Below, one piece after another: positions 15,001 through 30,000 of a stretch of DNA of 64,000 nucleotides. The notes beneath the pieces were generated by a model, which did not search any database, was not told where the DNA came from, and was given only the letters and a program-made list of their open reading frames with translations. The translations under genes and the position numbers were made by a program. How positions within the stretch are numbered: the stretch's first letter is position 1; each line of letters begins with the position of its first letter. Source of the stretch: Eledone cirrhosa (lineage: Eukaryota); the NCBI GenBank assembly GCA_964016885.1, contig OZ024745.1, positions 12,090,001 through 12,154,000 of the forward strand, written 5' to 3'.

Positions 15001-18000
15001 CTTACCTAAATGAAACAAACTTAGTTATGTCCCTGGTAATGTTTGTTCTCTTACCTAAATGAAACAAACCTAGTTATGTCCCTGGTAATGTTTGTTCTCT
15101 TACCTAAATGAAACAAACCTAGTTATGTCCCTGGTAATGTTTGTTCTCTTACCTACATGAAACAAACCTAGTTATGTCTCTGGTAATGTTTGTTCTCTTA
15201 CCTAAATGAAACAAACCTAGTTATGTCCCTGGTAATGTTTGTTCTCTTACCTAAATGAAACAAACCTAGTTATGTCCCTGGTAATGTTTGTTCTCTTACC
15301 TAAATGAAACAAACCTAGTTATGTCCCAGGTAATGTTTGTTCTCTTACCTAAATCAAACAAACCTAGTTATGTCCCTGGTAATGTTTGTTCTCTTACCTA
15401 AATGAAACACACTTAGTTATGTCCCTGGTAATGTTTGTTCTCTTACCTAAATGAAACAAACCTAGTTATGTCCCTGGTAATGTTTGTTCTCTTACCTAAA
15501 TGAAACAAACTTAGTTATGTCCCTGGTAATGTTTGTTCTCTCACCTAAATGAAACAAACCTAGTTATGTCCCTGGTAATGTTTGTTCTCTTACCTAAATG
15601 AAACCAACCTAGTTATGTCCCTGGTAATGTTTGTTCTCTTACCTAATTGAAACAAACCTAGTTATGTCCCTGGTAATGTTTGTTCTCTTACCTAAATGAA
15701 ACAAGTCTAGTTATGTCCCTGGTAATGTTTGTTCTCTTACCTAAATGAAACAAACCTAGTTATGTCCCTGGTAATGTTTGTTCTCTTACCTAAATGAAAC
15801 AAACTTAGTTATGTCCCTGGTAATGTTTCTTCTCTTACCTAAATGAAACAAACCAAGTTATGTCTCTGGTAATGTTTGTTCTCTTACCTAAATGAAACAA
15901 ACCTAGTTATGTCCCTGGTAATGTTTGTTCTCTTACCTAAATAAAACAAGCCTTGTTATGTCCCTGGTAATGTTTGTTCTCTTACCTAAATGAAACAAAC
16001 CTTGTTATGTCCCTGGTAATGTTTGTTCTCTTACCTAAATGAAACAAACTTAGTTATGTCCCTGGTAATGTTTGTTCTCTTACCTAAATGAAACAAACCT
16101 AGTTATGTCCCTGGTAATGTTTGTTCTCTTACCTAAATGAAACAAACCTAGTTATGTCCCTGGTAATGTTTGTTCTCTTACCTAAATGAAACAAACCTAG
16201 TTATGTCTCTGGTAATGTTTGTTCTCTTACCTAAATGAAACAAACCTAGTTATGTCCCTGGTAATGTTTGTTCTCTTACCTAAATGAAACAAGCCTAGTT
16301 ATGTCCCTGGTAATGTTTGTTCTCTTACCTAAATGAAACAAGCCTAGTTATGTCCCTGGTAATGTTTGTTCTCTTACCTAAATGAAACAAAACTAGTTAT
16401 GTCCCTGGTAATGTTTGTTCTCTTACCTAAATGAAACAAGCCTAGTTATGTCCCTGGTAATGTTTGTTCTCTTACCTAAATGAAACAAACCTAGTTATGT
16501 CCCTGGTAATGTTTGTTCTCTTACCTAAATGAAACAAACCTAGTTATGTCCAAGGTAATGTTTGTTCTCTTACCTAAATGAAACAAACCTAGTTATGTCC
16601 CTGGTAATGTTTGTTCTCTTACCTGAATGAAACAAACCTAGTTATGTCCCTGGTAATGTTTGTTCTCTTACCTAAATGAAACAAACTTAGTTATGTCCCT
16701 GGTAATGTTTGTTCTCTTACCTAAATGAAACAAACCTAGTTATGTCCCTGGTAATGTTTGTTCTCTTACCTAAATGAAACAAACCTAGTTATGTCCCTGG
16801 TAATGTTTGTTCTCTTACCTAAATGAAACAAACCTAGTTATGTCCCTGGTATTGTTTGTTCTCTTACCTAAATGAAACCAGCCTTGTTATGTCCCTGGTA
16901 ATGTTTGTTCTCTTACCTAAATGAAACAAACCTTGTTATGTCCCTGGTAATGTTTGTTCTCTTACCTAAATGAAACAAACTTAGTTATGTCCCTGGCAAT
17001 GTTTGTTCTCTTACATAAATGAAACAAACCTAGTTATGTCCCTGGTAATGTTTGTTCTCTTACCTAAATGAAACAAACCTTGTTATGTCCCTGGTAATGT
17101 TTGTTCTCTTACCTACATGAAACAAACCTAGTTATGTCTCTGGTAATGTTTGTTCTCTTACCTAAATGAAACAAACCTAGTTATGTCCCAGGTAATGTTT
17201 GTTCTCTTACCTAAATCAAACAAACCTAGTTATGTCCCTGGTAATGTTTGTTCTCTTACCTAAATGAAACACACTTAGTTATGTCCCTGGTAATGTTTGT
17301 TCTCTTACCTAAATGAAACAAACCTAGTTATGTCCCTGGTAATGTTTGTTCTCTTACCTAAATGAAACAAACTTAGTTATGTCCCTGGTAATGTTTGTTC
17401 TCTCACCTAAATGAAACAAACCTTGTTATGTCCCTGGTAATGTTTGTTCTCTTACCTAAATGAAACAAACCTAGTTATGTCCCTGGTAATGTTTGTTCTC
17501 TTACCTAAATGAAACAAACTTAGTTATGTCCCTGGTAATGTTTGTTCTCTTACCTAAATGAAACAAACCTAGTTATGTCTCTGGTAATGTTTGTTCTCTT
17601 ACCTAAATGAAACAAGCCTAGTTATGTCCCTGGTAATGTTTGTTCTCTTACCTAAATGAAACAAACCTAGTTATGTCTCTGGTAATGTTTGTTCTCTTAC
17701 CTAAATGAAACAAACCTAGTTATGTCCCTGGTAATGTTTGTTCTCTTACCTAAATGAAACAAACCTAGTTATGTCCCTGGTAATGTTTGTTCTCTTACCT
17801 AAATGAAACAAGCCTAGTTATGTCCCTGGTAATGTTTGTTCTCTTACCTAAATGAAACAAGCCTAGTTATGTCCCTGGTAATGTTTGTTCTCTTACCTAA
17901 ATGAAACAAAACTAGTTATGTCCCTGGTAATGTTTGTTCTCTTACCTAAATGAAACAAGCCTAGTTATGTCCCTGGTAATGTTTGTTCTCTTACCTAAAT

Positions 18001-21000
18001 GAAACAAACCTGGTTATGTCCCTGGTAATGTTTGTTCTCTTACCTAAATGAAACAACCCTAGTTATGTCCCTGGTAATGTTTGTTCTCTTACCTAAATGA
18101 AACAAACCTAGTTATGTCCCTGGTAATGTTTGTTCTCTTACCTGAATGAAACAAACCTAGTTATGTCCCTGGTAATGTTTGTTCTCTTACCTAAATGAAA
18201 CAAACTTAGTTATGTCCCTGGTAATGTTTGTTCTCTTACCTAAATGAAACAAACCTAGTTATGTCCCTGGTAATGTTTGTTCTCTTATCTAAATGAAACA
18301 AACCTAGTTATGTCCCTGGTAATGTTTGTTCTCTTACCGAAATGAAACAAACCTAGTTATGTCCCTGGTAATGTTTGTTCTCTTACCTAAATGAAACAAG
18401 CCTTGTTATGTCCCTGGTAAGGTTTGTTCTCTTACCTAAATGAAACAAACCTTGTTATGTCCCTGGTAATGTTTGTTCTCTTACCTAAATGAAACAAACT
18501 TAGTTATGTCCCTGGTAATGTTTGTTCTCTTACCTAAATGAAACAAAACTAGTTATGTCCCTGGTAATGTTTGTTCTCTTACCTAAATGAAATAAACCTA
18601 GTTATGTCCCTGGTAATGTTTGTTCTCTTACCTAAATGAAACAAACCTAGTTATGTCTCTGGTAATGTTTGTTCTCTTACCTAAATGAAACAAACCTAGT
18701 TATGTCCCTGGTAATGTTTGTTCTCTTACCTAAATGAAACAAACCTAGTTATGTCCCTGGTAATGTTTGCTCTCTTACCTAAATGAAACAAAACTAGTTA
18801 TGTCCCTGGTAATGTTTGTTCTCTTACCTAAATGAAACAAACCTAGTTATGTCCCTGGTAATGTTTGTTCTCTTACCTAAATGAAACAAGCCTAGTTATG
18901 TCCCTGGTAATGTTTGTTCTCTTACCTAAATGAAACAAACCTAGTTATGTCCCTGGTAATATTTGTTCTCTTACCTAAATGAAACAAAACTAGTTATGTC
19001 CCTGGTAATGTTTGTTCTCTTACCTAAATGAAACAAGCCTAGTTATGTCCCTGGTAATGTTTGTTCTCTTACCTAAATGAAACAAACCTAGTTATGTCCC
19101 TGGTAAAGTTTGTTCTCTTACCTAAATGAAACAAACCTAGTTATGTCCCTGGTAATGTTTGTTCTCTTACCTAAATGAAACAAACTTAGTTATGTCCCTG
19201 GTAATGTTTGTTCTCTTACCTAAATGAAACAAACCTAGTTATGTCCCTGGTAAAAAGTTTGTTCTCTTACCTAAATGAAACAAACCTAGTTATGTCCCTG
19301 GTAATGTTTGTTCTCTTACCTAAATGAAACAAACCTAGTTATGTCCCTGGTAATGTTTGTCCTCTTACCTAAATGAAACAAACCTAGTTATGTCCCTGGT
19401 AATGTTTGTTCTCTTACCTAAATGAAACAAACCTTGTTATGTCCCTGGTAATGTTTGTTCTCCTACCTAAATGAAACAAACCTTGTTATGTCCCTGGTAA
19501 TGTTTGTTCTCTTACCTAAATGAAACAAACTTAGTTATGTCCCTGGTAATGTTTGTTCTCTTACCTAAATGAAACAAACCCAGTTATGTCCCTGGTAATG
19601 TTTGTTCTCTTACCTAAATGAAACAAACCTAGTTATGTCCCTGGTAATGTTTGTTCTCTTACCTAAATGAAACAAACCTAGTTATGTCTCTGGTAATGTT
19701 TGTTCTCTTACCTAAATGAAACAAACCTAGTTATGTCCCTGGTAATGTTTGTTCTCTTACCTAAATGAAACAAGCCTAGTTATGTCCCTGGTAATGTTTG
19801 TTCTCTTACCTAAATGAAACAAACCTAGTTATGTCCCTGGTAATGTTTGTTCTCTTACCTAAATGAAACAAACCTAGTTATGTCTCTGGTAATGTTTGTT
19901 CTCTTACCTAAATGAAACAAACCTAGTTATGTCCCTGGTAATGTTTGTTCTCTTACCTAAATGAAACAAGCCTAGTTATGTCCCTGGTAATGTTTGTACT
20001 CTTACCTAAATGAAACAAACCTAGTTATGTCCCTGGTAATGTTTGTCCTCTTACCTAAATGAAACAAACCTAGTTATGTGCCTGGTAATGTTTGTTCTCT
20101 TACCTAAATGAAACAAACCTAGTTATATCCCTGGTAATGTTTGTTCTCTTACCTAATTGAAACAAACCTTGTTATGTCCCTGGTAGTGTTTGTTCTCTTA
20201 CCTAAATGAAACAAACTTAGTTATGTCCCTGGTAATGTTTGTTCTCTTACCTAAATGAAACAAACCTAGTTATGTCCCTGGTAATGTTTGTTCTCTTACC
20301 TAAATGAAACAAACCTAGTTATGTCCCTGGTAATGTTTGTTCTCTTACCTAAATGAAACAAACCTAGTTATGTCCCTGGTAATGTTTGTTCTCTTACCTA
20401 AATGAAACAAGCCTTGTTATGTCCCTGGTAATGTTTGTTCTCCTACCTAAATGAAACAAACCTTGTTATGTCCCTGGTAATGTTTGTTCTCTTACCTAAA
20501 TGAAACAAACTTTGTTATGTCCCTGGTAATGTTTGTTCTCTTACCTAAATGAAACAAACCTAGTTATGTCCCTGGTAATGTTTGTTCTCTTACCTAAATG
20601 AAACAAACCTAGTTATGTCCCTGGTAATGTTTGTTCTCTTACCTAAATGAAACAAACCTAGTTATGTCTCTGGTAATGTTTGTTCTCTTACCTAAATGAA
20701 ACAAACCTAGTTATGTCCCTGGTAATGTTTGTTCTCTTACCTAAATGAAACAAACCTAGTTATGTCCCTGGTAATGTTTGTTCTCTTACCTAAATGAAAC
20801 AAACCTAGTTATGTCTCTGGTAATGTTTGTTCTCTTACCTAAATGAAACAAACCTAGTTATGTCCCTGGTAATGTTTGTTCTCTTACCTAAATGAAACAA
20901 GCCTAGTTATGTCCCTGGTAATGTTTGTTCTCTTACCTAAATGAAACAAACCTAGTTATGTCCCTGGTAATGTTTGTTCTCTTACCTAGATGAAACAAGC

Positions 21001-24000
21001 CTAGTTATGTCCCTGGTAATGTTTGTTCTCTTACCTAAATGAAACAAACCTAGTTATGTCCCTGGTAATGTTTGTTCTCTTACCTAAATGAAACAAACCT
21101 AGTTATGTCCCTGGTAATGTTTGTTCTCTTACCTAAATGAAACAAACTTAGTTATGTCCCTGGTAATGTTTGTTCTCTTACCTAAATGAAACAAACCTAG
21201 TTATGTCCCTGGTAATGATTGTTCTCTTACCTAAATGAAACAAACTTAGTTATGTCCCTGGTAATGTTTGTTCTCTTACCTAAATGAAACAAACCTTGTT
21301 ATGTCCCTGGTAATGTTTGTTCTCTTACCTAAATGAAACAAACCTAGTTATGTCCCTGGTAATGTTTGTTCTCTTACCTAAATGAAACAAGCCTTGTTAT
21401 GTCCCTGGTAATGTTTGTTCTCCTACCTAAATGAAACAAACCTTGTTATGTTCCTGGTAATGTTTGTTCTCTTACCTAAATGAAACAAACTTAGTTATGT
21501 CCCTGGTAATGTTTGTTCTCTTACCTAAATGAGACAAACCTAGTTATGTCCCTGGTAATGTTTGTTCTCTTACCTAAATGAAACAAACCTAGTTATGTCC
21601 CTGGTAATGTTTGTTCTCTTACCTAAATGAAACAAACCTAGTTATGTCTCTGGTAATGTTTGTTCTCTTACCTAAATGAAACAAACCTAGTTATGTCCCT
21701 GGTAATGTTTGTTCTCTTACCTAAATGAAACAAACCTAGTTATGTCCCTGGTAATGTTTGTTCTCTTACCTAAATGAAACAAACCTAGTTATGTCCCTGG
21801 TAATGTTTGTTCTCTTACCTAGATGAAACAAGCCTAGTTATGTCCCTGGTAATGTTTGTTCTCTTACCTAAATGAAACAAACCTAGTTATGTCCCTGGTA
21901 ATGTTTGTTCTCTTACCTAAATGAAAGAAGCCTAGTTATGTCCCTGGTAATGTTTGTTCTCTTACCTAAATGAAACAAGCCTAGTTATGTCCCTGGTAAT
22001 GTTTGTTCTCTTACCTAAATGAAACAAACTTAGTTATGTCCCTGGTAATGTTTGTTCTCTTACCTAAATGAAACAAACCTAGTTATGTCCCTGGTAATGT
22101 TTGTTCTCTTACCTAAATGAAACAAACCTAGTTATGTCTCTGGTAATGTTTGTTCTCTTACCTAAATGAAACAAACCTAGTTATGTCCCTGGTAATGTTT
22201 GTTCTCTTACCTAAATGAAACAAACCTAGTTATGTCTCTGGTAATGTTTGTTCTCTTACCTAAATGAAACAAACCTAGTTATGTCCCTGGTAATGTTTGT
22301 TCTCTTACCTAAATGAAACAAACCTAGTTATGTCTCTGGTAATGTTTGTTCTCTTACCTAAATGAAACAAACTTAGTTATGTCCCTGGTAATGTTTGTTC
22401 TCTTACCTAAATGAAACAAACCTAGTTATGTCTCTGGTAATGTTTGTTCTCTTACCTAAATGAAACAAACCTAGTTATGTCCCTGGTAATGTTTGTTCTC
22501 TTACCTAAATGAAACAAACCTAGTTATGTCCCTGGTAATGTTTGTTCTCTTACCTAAATGAAACAAACCTAGTTATGTCCCTGGTAATGTTTGTTCTCTT
22601 ACCTAGATGAAACAAGCCTAGTTATGTCCCTGGTAATGTTTGTTCTCTTACCTAAATGAAACAAACCTAGTTATGTCCCTGGTAATGTTTGTTCTCTTAC
22701 CTAAATGAAAGAAGCCTAGTTATGTCCCTGGTAATGTTTGTTCTCTTACCTAAATGAAACAAGCCTAGTTATGTCCCTGGTAATGTTTGTTCTCTTACCT
22801 AAATGAAACAAACTTAGTTATGTCCCTGGTAATGTTTGTTCTCTTACCTAAATGAAACAAACCTAGTTATGTCCCTGGTAATGTTTGTTCTCTTACCTAA
22901 ATGAAACAAACCTAGTTATGTCTCTGGTAATGTTTGTTCTCTTACCTAAATGAAACAAGCCTAGTTATGTCCCTGGTAATGTTTGTTCTCTTACCTAAAT
23001 GAAACAAGCCTAGTTATGTCCCTGGTAATGTTTGTTCTCTTACCTAAATGAAACAAAACTAGTTATGTCCCTGGTAATGTTTGTTCTCTTACCTAAATGA
23101 AACAAGCCTAGTTATGTCCCTGGTAATGTTTGTTCTCTTACCTAAATGAAACAAACCTAGTTATGTCCCTGGTAATGTTTGTTCTCTTACCTAAATGAAA
23201 CAAACCTAGTTATGTCCCTGGTAATGTTTGTTCTCTTACCTAAATGAAACAAACCTAGTTATGTCCCTGGTAATGTTTGTTCTCTTAACTGAATGAAACA
23301 AACCTAGTTATGTCCCTGGTAATGTTTGTTCTCTTACCTAAATGAAACAAACTTAGTTATGTCCCTGGTAATGTTTGTTCTCTTACCTAAATGAAACAAA
23401 CCTAGTTATGTCCCTGGTAATGTTTGTTCTCTTACCTAAATGAAACAAACCTAGTTATGTCCCTGGTAATGTTTGTTCTCTTACCTAAATGAAACAAACC
23501 TAGTTATGTCTCTGGTAATGTTTGTTCTCTTACCTAAATGAAACAAACCTTGTTATGTCCCTGGTAATGTTTGTTCTCCTACCTAAATGAAACAAACCTT
23601 GTTATGTCCCTGGTAATGTTTGTTCTCTTACCTAAATGAAACAAACTTAGTTATGTCCCTGGTAATGTTTGTTCTCTTACCTAAATGAAACAAACCCAGT
23701 TATGTCCCTGGTAATGTTTGTTCTCTTACCTAAATGAAACAAACCTAGTTATGTCCCTGGTAATGTTTGTTCTCTTACCTAAATGAAACAAACCTAGTTA
23801 TGTCTCTGGTAATGTTTGTTCTCTTACCTAAATGAAACAAACCTAGTTATGTCCCTGGTAATGTTTGTTCTCTTACCTAAATGAAACAAGCCTAGTTATG
23901 TCCCTGGTAATGTTTGTTCTCTTACCTAAATGAAACAAACCTAGTTATGTCCCTGGTAATGTTTGTTCTCTTACCTAAATGAAACAAACCTAGTTATGTC

Positions 24001-27000
24001 TCTGGTAATGTTTGTTCTCTTACCTAAATGAAACAAACCTAGTTATGTCCCTGGTAATGTTTGTTCTCTTACCTAAATGAAACAAGCCTAGTTATGTCCC
24101 TGGTAATGTTTGTACTCTTACCTAAATGAAACAAACCTAGTTATGTCCCTGGTAATGTTTGTCCTCTTACCTAAATGAAACAAACCTAGTTATGTCCCTG
24201 GTAATGTTTGTTCTCTTACCTAAATGAAACAAACCTAGTTATATCCCTGGTAATGTTTGTTCTCTTACCTAATTGAAACAAACCTTGTTATGTCCCTGGT
24301 AGTGTTTGTTCTCTTACCTAAATGAAACAAACTTAGTTATGTCCCTGGTAATGTTTGTTCTCTTACCTAAATGAAACAAACCTAGTTATGTCCCTGGTAA
24401 TGTTTGTTCTCTTACCTAAATGAAACAAACTTAGTTATGTCCCTGGTAATGTTTGTTCTCTTACCTAAATGAAACAAACCTAGTTATGTCCCTGGTAATG
24501 TTTGTTCTCTTACCTAAATGAAACAAGCCTTGTTATGTCCCTGGTAATGTTTGTTCTCCTACCTAAATGAAACAAACCTTGTTATGTCCCTGGTAATGTT
24601 TGTTCTCTTACCTAAATGAAACAAACTTTGTTATGTCCCTGGTAATGTTTGTTCTCTTACCTAAATGAAACAAACCTAGTTATGTCCCTGGTAATGTTTG
24701 TTCTCTTACCTAAATGAAACAAACCTAGTTATGTCCCTGGTAATGTATGTTCTCTTACCTAAATGAAACAAACCTAGTTATGTCTCTGGTAATGTTTGTT
24801 CTCTTACCTAAATGAAACAAACCTAGTTATGTCCCTGGTAATGTTTGTTCTCTTACCTAAATGAAACAAGCCTAGTTATGTCCCTGGTAATGTTTGTTCT
24901 CTTACCTAAATGAAACAAACCTAGTTATGTCCCTGGTAATGTTTGTTCTCTTACCTAAATGAAACAAACCTAGTTATGTCTCTGGTAATGTTTGTTCTCT
25001 TACCTAAATGAAACAAACCTAGTTATGTCCCTGGTAATGTTTGTTCTCTTACCTAAATGAAACAAGCCTAGTTATGTCCCTGGTAATGTTTGTTCTCTTA
25101 CCTAAATGAAACAAACCTAGTTATGTCCCTGGTAATGTTTGTTCTCTTACCTAGATGAAACAAGCCTAGTTATGTCCCTGGTAATGTTTGTTCTCTTACC
25201 TAAATGAAACAAACCTAGTTATGTCCCTGGTAATGTTTGTTCTCTTACCTAAATGAAACAAACCTAGTTATGTCCCTGGTAATGTTTGTTCTCTTACCTA
25301 AATGAAACAAACTTAGTTATGTCCCTGGTAATGTTTGTTCTCTTACCTAAATGAAACAAACCTAGTTATGTCCCTGGTAATGATTGTTCTCTTACCTAAA
25401 TGAAACAAACTTAGTTATGTCCCTGGTAATGTTTGTTCTCTTACCTAAATGAAACAAACCTTGTTATGTCCCTGGTAATGTTTGTTCTCTTACCTAAATG
25501 AAACAAACCTAGTTATGTCCCTGGTAATGTTTGTTCTCTTACCTAAATGAAACAAGCCTTGTTATGTCCCTGGTAATGTTTGTTCTCCTACCTAAATGAA
25601 ACAAACCTTGTTATGTTCCTGGTAATGTTTGTTCTCTTACCTAAATGAAACAAACTTAGTTATGTCCCTGGTAATGTTTGTTCTCTTACCTAAATGAGAC
25701 AAACCTAGTTATGTCCCTGGTAATGTTTGTTCTCTTACCTAAATGAAACAAACCTAGTTATGTCCCTGGTAATGTTTGTTCTCTTACCTAAATGAAACAA
25801 ACCTAGTTATGTCTTTGGTAATGTTTGTTCTCTTACCTAAATGAAACAAACCTAGTTATGTCCCTGGTAATGTTTGTTCTCTTACCTAAATGAAACAAAC
25901 CTAGTTATGTCCCTGGTAATGTTTGTTCTCTTACCTAAATGAAACAAACCTAGTTATGTCCCTGGTAATGTTTGTTCTCTTACCTAGATGAAACAAGCCT
26001 AGTTATGTCCCTGGTAATGTTTGTTCTCTTACCTAAATGAAACAAACCTAGTTATGTCCCTGGTAATGTTTGTTCTCTTACCTAAATGAAAGAAGCCTAG
26101 TTATGTCCCTGGTAATGTTTGTTCTCTTACCTAAATGAAACAAGCCTAGTTATGTCCCTGGTAATGTTTGTTCTCTTACCTAAATGAAACAAACTTAGTT
26201 ATGTCCCTGGTAATGTTTGTTCTCTTACCTAAATGAAACAAACCTAGTTATGTCCCTGGTAATGTTTGTTCTCTTACCTAAATGAAACAAACCTAGTTAT
26301 GTCTCTGGTAATGTTTGTTCTCTTACCTAAATGAAACAAACCTAGTTATGTCCCTGGTAATGTTTGTTCTCTTACCTAAATGAAACAAACCTAGTTATGT
26401 CTCTGGTAATGTTTGTTCTCTTACCTAAATGAAACAAACCTAGTTATGTCCCTGGTAATGTTTGTTCTCTTACCTAAATGAAACAAACCTAGTTATGTCT
26501 CTGGTAATGTTTGTTCTCTTACCTAAATGAAACAAACTTAGTTATGTCCCTGGTAATGTTTGTTCTCTTACCTAAATGAAACAAACCTAGTTATGTCTCT
26601 GGTAATGTTTGTTCTCTTACCTAAATGAAACAAACCTAGTTATGTCCCTGGTAATGTTTGTTCTCTTACCTAAATGAAACAAACCTAGTTATGTCCCTGG
26701 TAATGTTTGTTCTCTTACCTAAATGAAACAAACCTAGTTATGTCCCTGGTAATGTTTGTTCTCTTACCTAGATGAAACAAGCCTAGTTATGTCCCTGGTA
26801 ATGTTTGTTCTCTTACCTAAATGAAACAAACCTAGTTATGTCCCTGGTAATGTTTGTTCTCTTACCTAAATGAAAGAAGCCTAGTTATGTCCCTGGTAAT
26901 GTTTGTTCTCTTACCTAAATGAAAGAAGCCTAGTTATGTCCCTGGTAATGTTTGTTCTCTTACCTAAATGAAACAAACTTAGTTATGTCCCTGGTAATGT

Positions 27001-30000
27001 TTGTTCTCTTACCTAAATGAAACAAACCTAGTTATGTCCCTGGTAATGTTTGTTCTCTTACCTAAATGAAACAAACCTAGTTATGTCTCTGGTAATGTTT
27101 GTTCTCTTACCTAAATGAAACAAACCTAGTTATGTCCCTGGTAATGTTTGTTCTCTTACCTAAATGAAACAAACCTAGTTATGTCTCTGGTAATGTTTGT
27201 TCTCTTACCTAAATGAAACAAACCTAGTTATGTCCCTGGTAATGTTTGTTCTCTTACCTAAATGAAACAAACCTAGTTATGTCTCTGGTAATGTTTGTTC
27301 TCTTACCTAAATGAAACAAACTTAGTTATGTCCCTGGTAATGTTTGTTCTCTTACCTAAATGAAACAAACCTAGTTATGTCTCTGGTAATGTTTGTTCTC
27401 TTACCTAAATGAAACAAACCTAGTTATGTCCCTGGTAATGTTTGTTCTCTTACCTAAATGAAACAAACCTAGTTATGTCCCTGGTAATGTTTGTTCTCTT
27501 ACCTAAATGAAACAAACCTAGTTATGTCCCTGGTAATGTTTGTTCTCTTACCTAGATGAAACAAGCCTAGTTATGTCCCTGGTAATGTTTGTTCTCTTAC
27601 CTAAATGAAACAAACCTAGTTATGTCCCTGGTAATGTTTGTTCTCTTACCTAAATGAAAGAAGCCTAGTTATGTCCCTGGTAATGTTTGTTCTCTTACCT
27701 AAATGAAACAAGCCTAGTTATGTCCCTGGTAATGTTTGTTCTCTTACCTAAATGAAACAAACTTAGTTATGTCCCTGGTAATGTTTGTTCTCTTACCTAA
27801 ATGAAACAAACCTAGTTATGTCCCTGGTAATGTTTGTTCTCTTACCTAAATGAAACAAACCTAGTTATGTCTCTGGTAATGTTTGTTCTCTTACCTAAAT
27901 GAAACAAGCCTAGTTATGTCCCTGGTAATGTTTGTTCTCTTACCTAAATGAAACAAGCCTAGTTATGTCCCTGGTAATGTTTGTTCTCTTACCTAAATGA
28001 AACAAAACTAGTTATGTCCCTGGTAATGTTTGTTCTCTTACCTAAATGAAACAAGCCTAGTTATGTCCCTGGTAATGTTTGTTCTCTTACCTAAATGAAA
28101 CAAACCTAGTTATGTCCCTGGTAATGTTTGTTCTCTTACCTAAATGAAACAAACCTAGTTATGTCCCTGGTAATGTTTGTTCTCTTACCTAAATGAAACA
28201 AACCTAGTTATGTCCCTGGTAATGTTTGTTCTCTTACCTGAATGAAACAAACCTAGTTATGTCCCTGGTAATGTTTGTTCTCTTACCTAAATGAAACAAA
28301 CTTAGTTATGTCCCTGGTAATGTTTGTTCTCTTACCTAAATGAAACAAACCTAGTTATGTCCCTGGTAATGTTTGTTCTCTTACCTAAATGAAACAAACC
28401 TAGTTATGTCCCTGGTAATGTTTGTTCTCTTACCTAAATGAAACAAACCTAGTTATGTCCCTGGTAATGTTTGTTCTCTTACCTAAATGAAACAAACCTA
28501 GTTATGTCCCTGGTAATGTTTGTTCTCTTACCTAAATGAAACAAGCCTAGTTATGTCCCTGGTAATGTTTGTTCTCTTACCTAAATGAAACAAACCTAGT
28601 TATGTCCCTGGTAATGTTTGTTCTCTTACCTAAATGAAACAAACCTAGTTATGTCCCTGGTAATGTTTGTTCTCTTACCTAAATGAAACAAACCTAGTTA
28701 TGTCTCTGGTAATGTTTGTTCTCTTACCTAAATGAAACAAACCTAGTTATGTCCCTGGTAATGTTTGTTCTCTTACCTAAATGAAACAAGCCTAGTTATG
28801 TCCCTGGTAATGTTTGTTCTCTTACCTAAATGAATCAAACCTAGTTATGTCCCTGGTAATGTTTGTTCTCTTACCTAGATGAAACAAGCCTAGTTATGTC
28901 CCTGGTAATGTTTGTTCTCTTACCTAAATGAAACAAACCTAGTTATGTCCCTGGTAATGTTTGTTCTCTTACCTAAATGAAACAAACCTAGTTATGTCCC
29001 TGGTAATGTTTGTTCTCTTACCTAAATGAAACAAACTTAGTTATGTCCCTGGTAATGTTTGTTCTCTTACCTAAATGAAACAAACCTAGTTATGTCCCTG
29101 GTAATGTTTGTTCTCTTACCTAAATGAAACAAACTTAGTTATGTCCCTGGTAATGTTTGTTCTCTTACCTAAATGAAACAAACCTTGTTATGTCCCTGGT
29201 AATGTTTGTTCTCTTACCTAAATGAAACAAACCTAGTTATGTCCCTGGTAATGTTTGTTCTCTTACCTAAATGAAACAAGCCTTGTTATGTCCCTGGTAA
29301 TGTTTGTTCTCCTACCTAAATGAAACAAACCTTGTTATGTTCCTGGTAATGTTTGTTCTCTTACCTAAATGAAACAAACTTAGTTATGTCCCTGGTAATG
29401 TTTGTTCTCTTACCTAAATGAAACAAACCTAGTTATGTCCCTGGTAATGTTTGTTCTCTTACCTAAATGAAACAAACCTAGTTATGTCCCTGGTAATGTT
29501 TGTTCTCTTACCTAAATGAAACAAACCTAGTTATGTCTCTGGTAATGTTTGTTCTCTTACCTAAATGAAACAAACCTAGTTATGTCCCTGGTAATGTTTG
29601 TTCTCTTACCTAAATGAAACAAACCTAGTTATGTCCCTGGTAATGTTTGTTCTCTTACCTAAATGAAACAAACCTAGTTATGTCCCTGGTAATGTTTGTT
29701 CTCTTACCTAAATGAAAGAAGCCTAGTTATGTCCCTGGTAATGTTTGTTCTCTTACCTAAATGAAACAAGCCTAGTTATGTCCCTGGTAATGTTTGTTCT
29801 CTTACCTAAATGAAACAAACTTAGTTATGTCCCTGGTAATGTTTGTTCTCTTACCTAAATGAAACAAACCTAGTTATGTCCCTGGTAATGTTTGTTCTCT
29901 TACCTAAATGAAACAAACCTAGTTATGTCTCTGGTAATGTTTGTTCTCTTACCTAAATGAAACAAACCTAGTTATGTCCCTGGTAATGTTTGTTCTCTTA

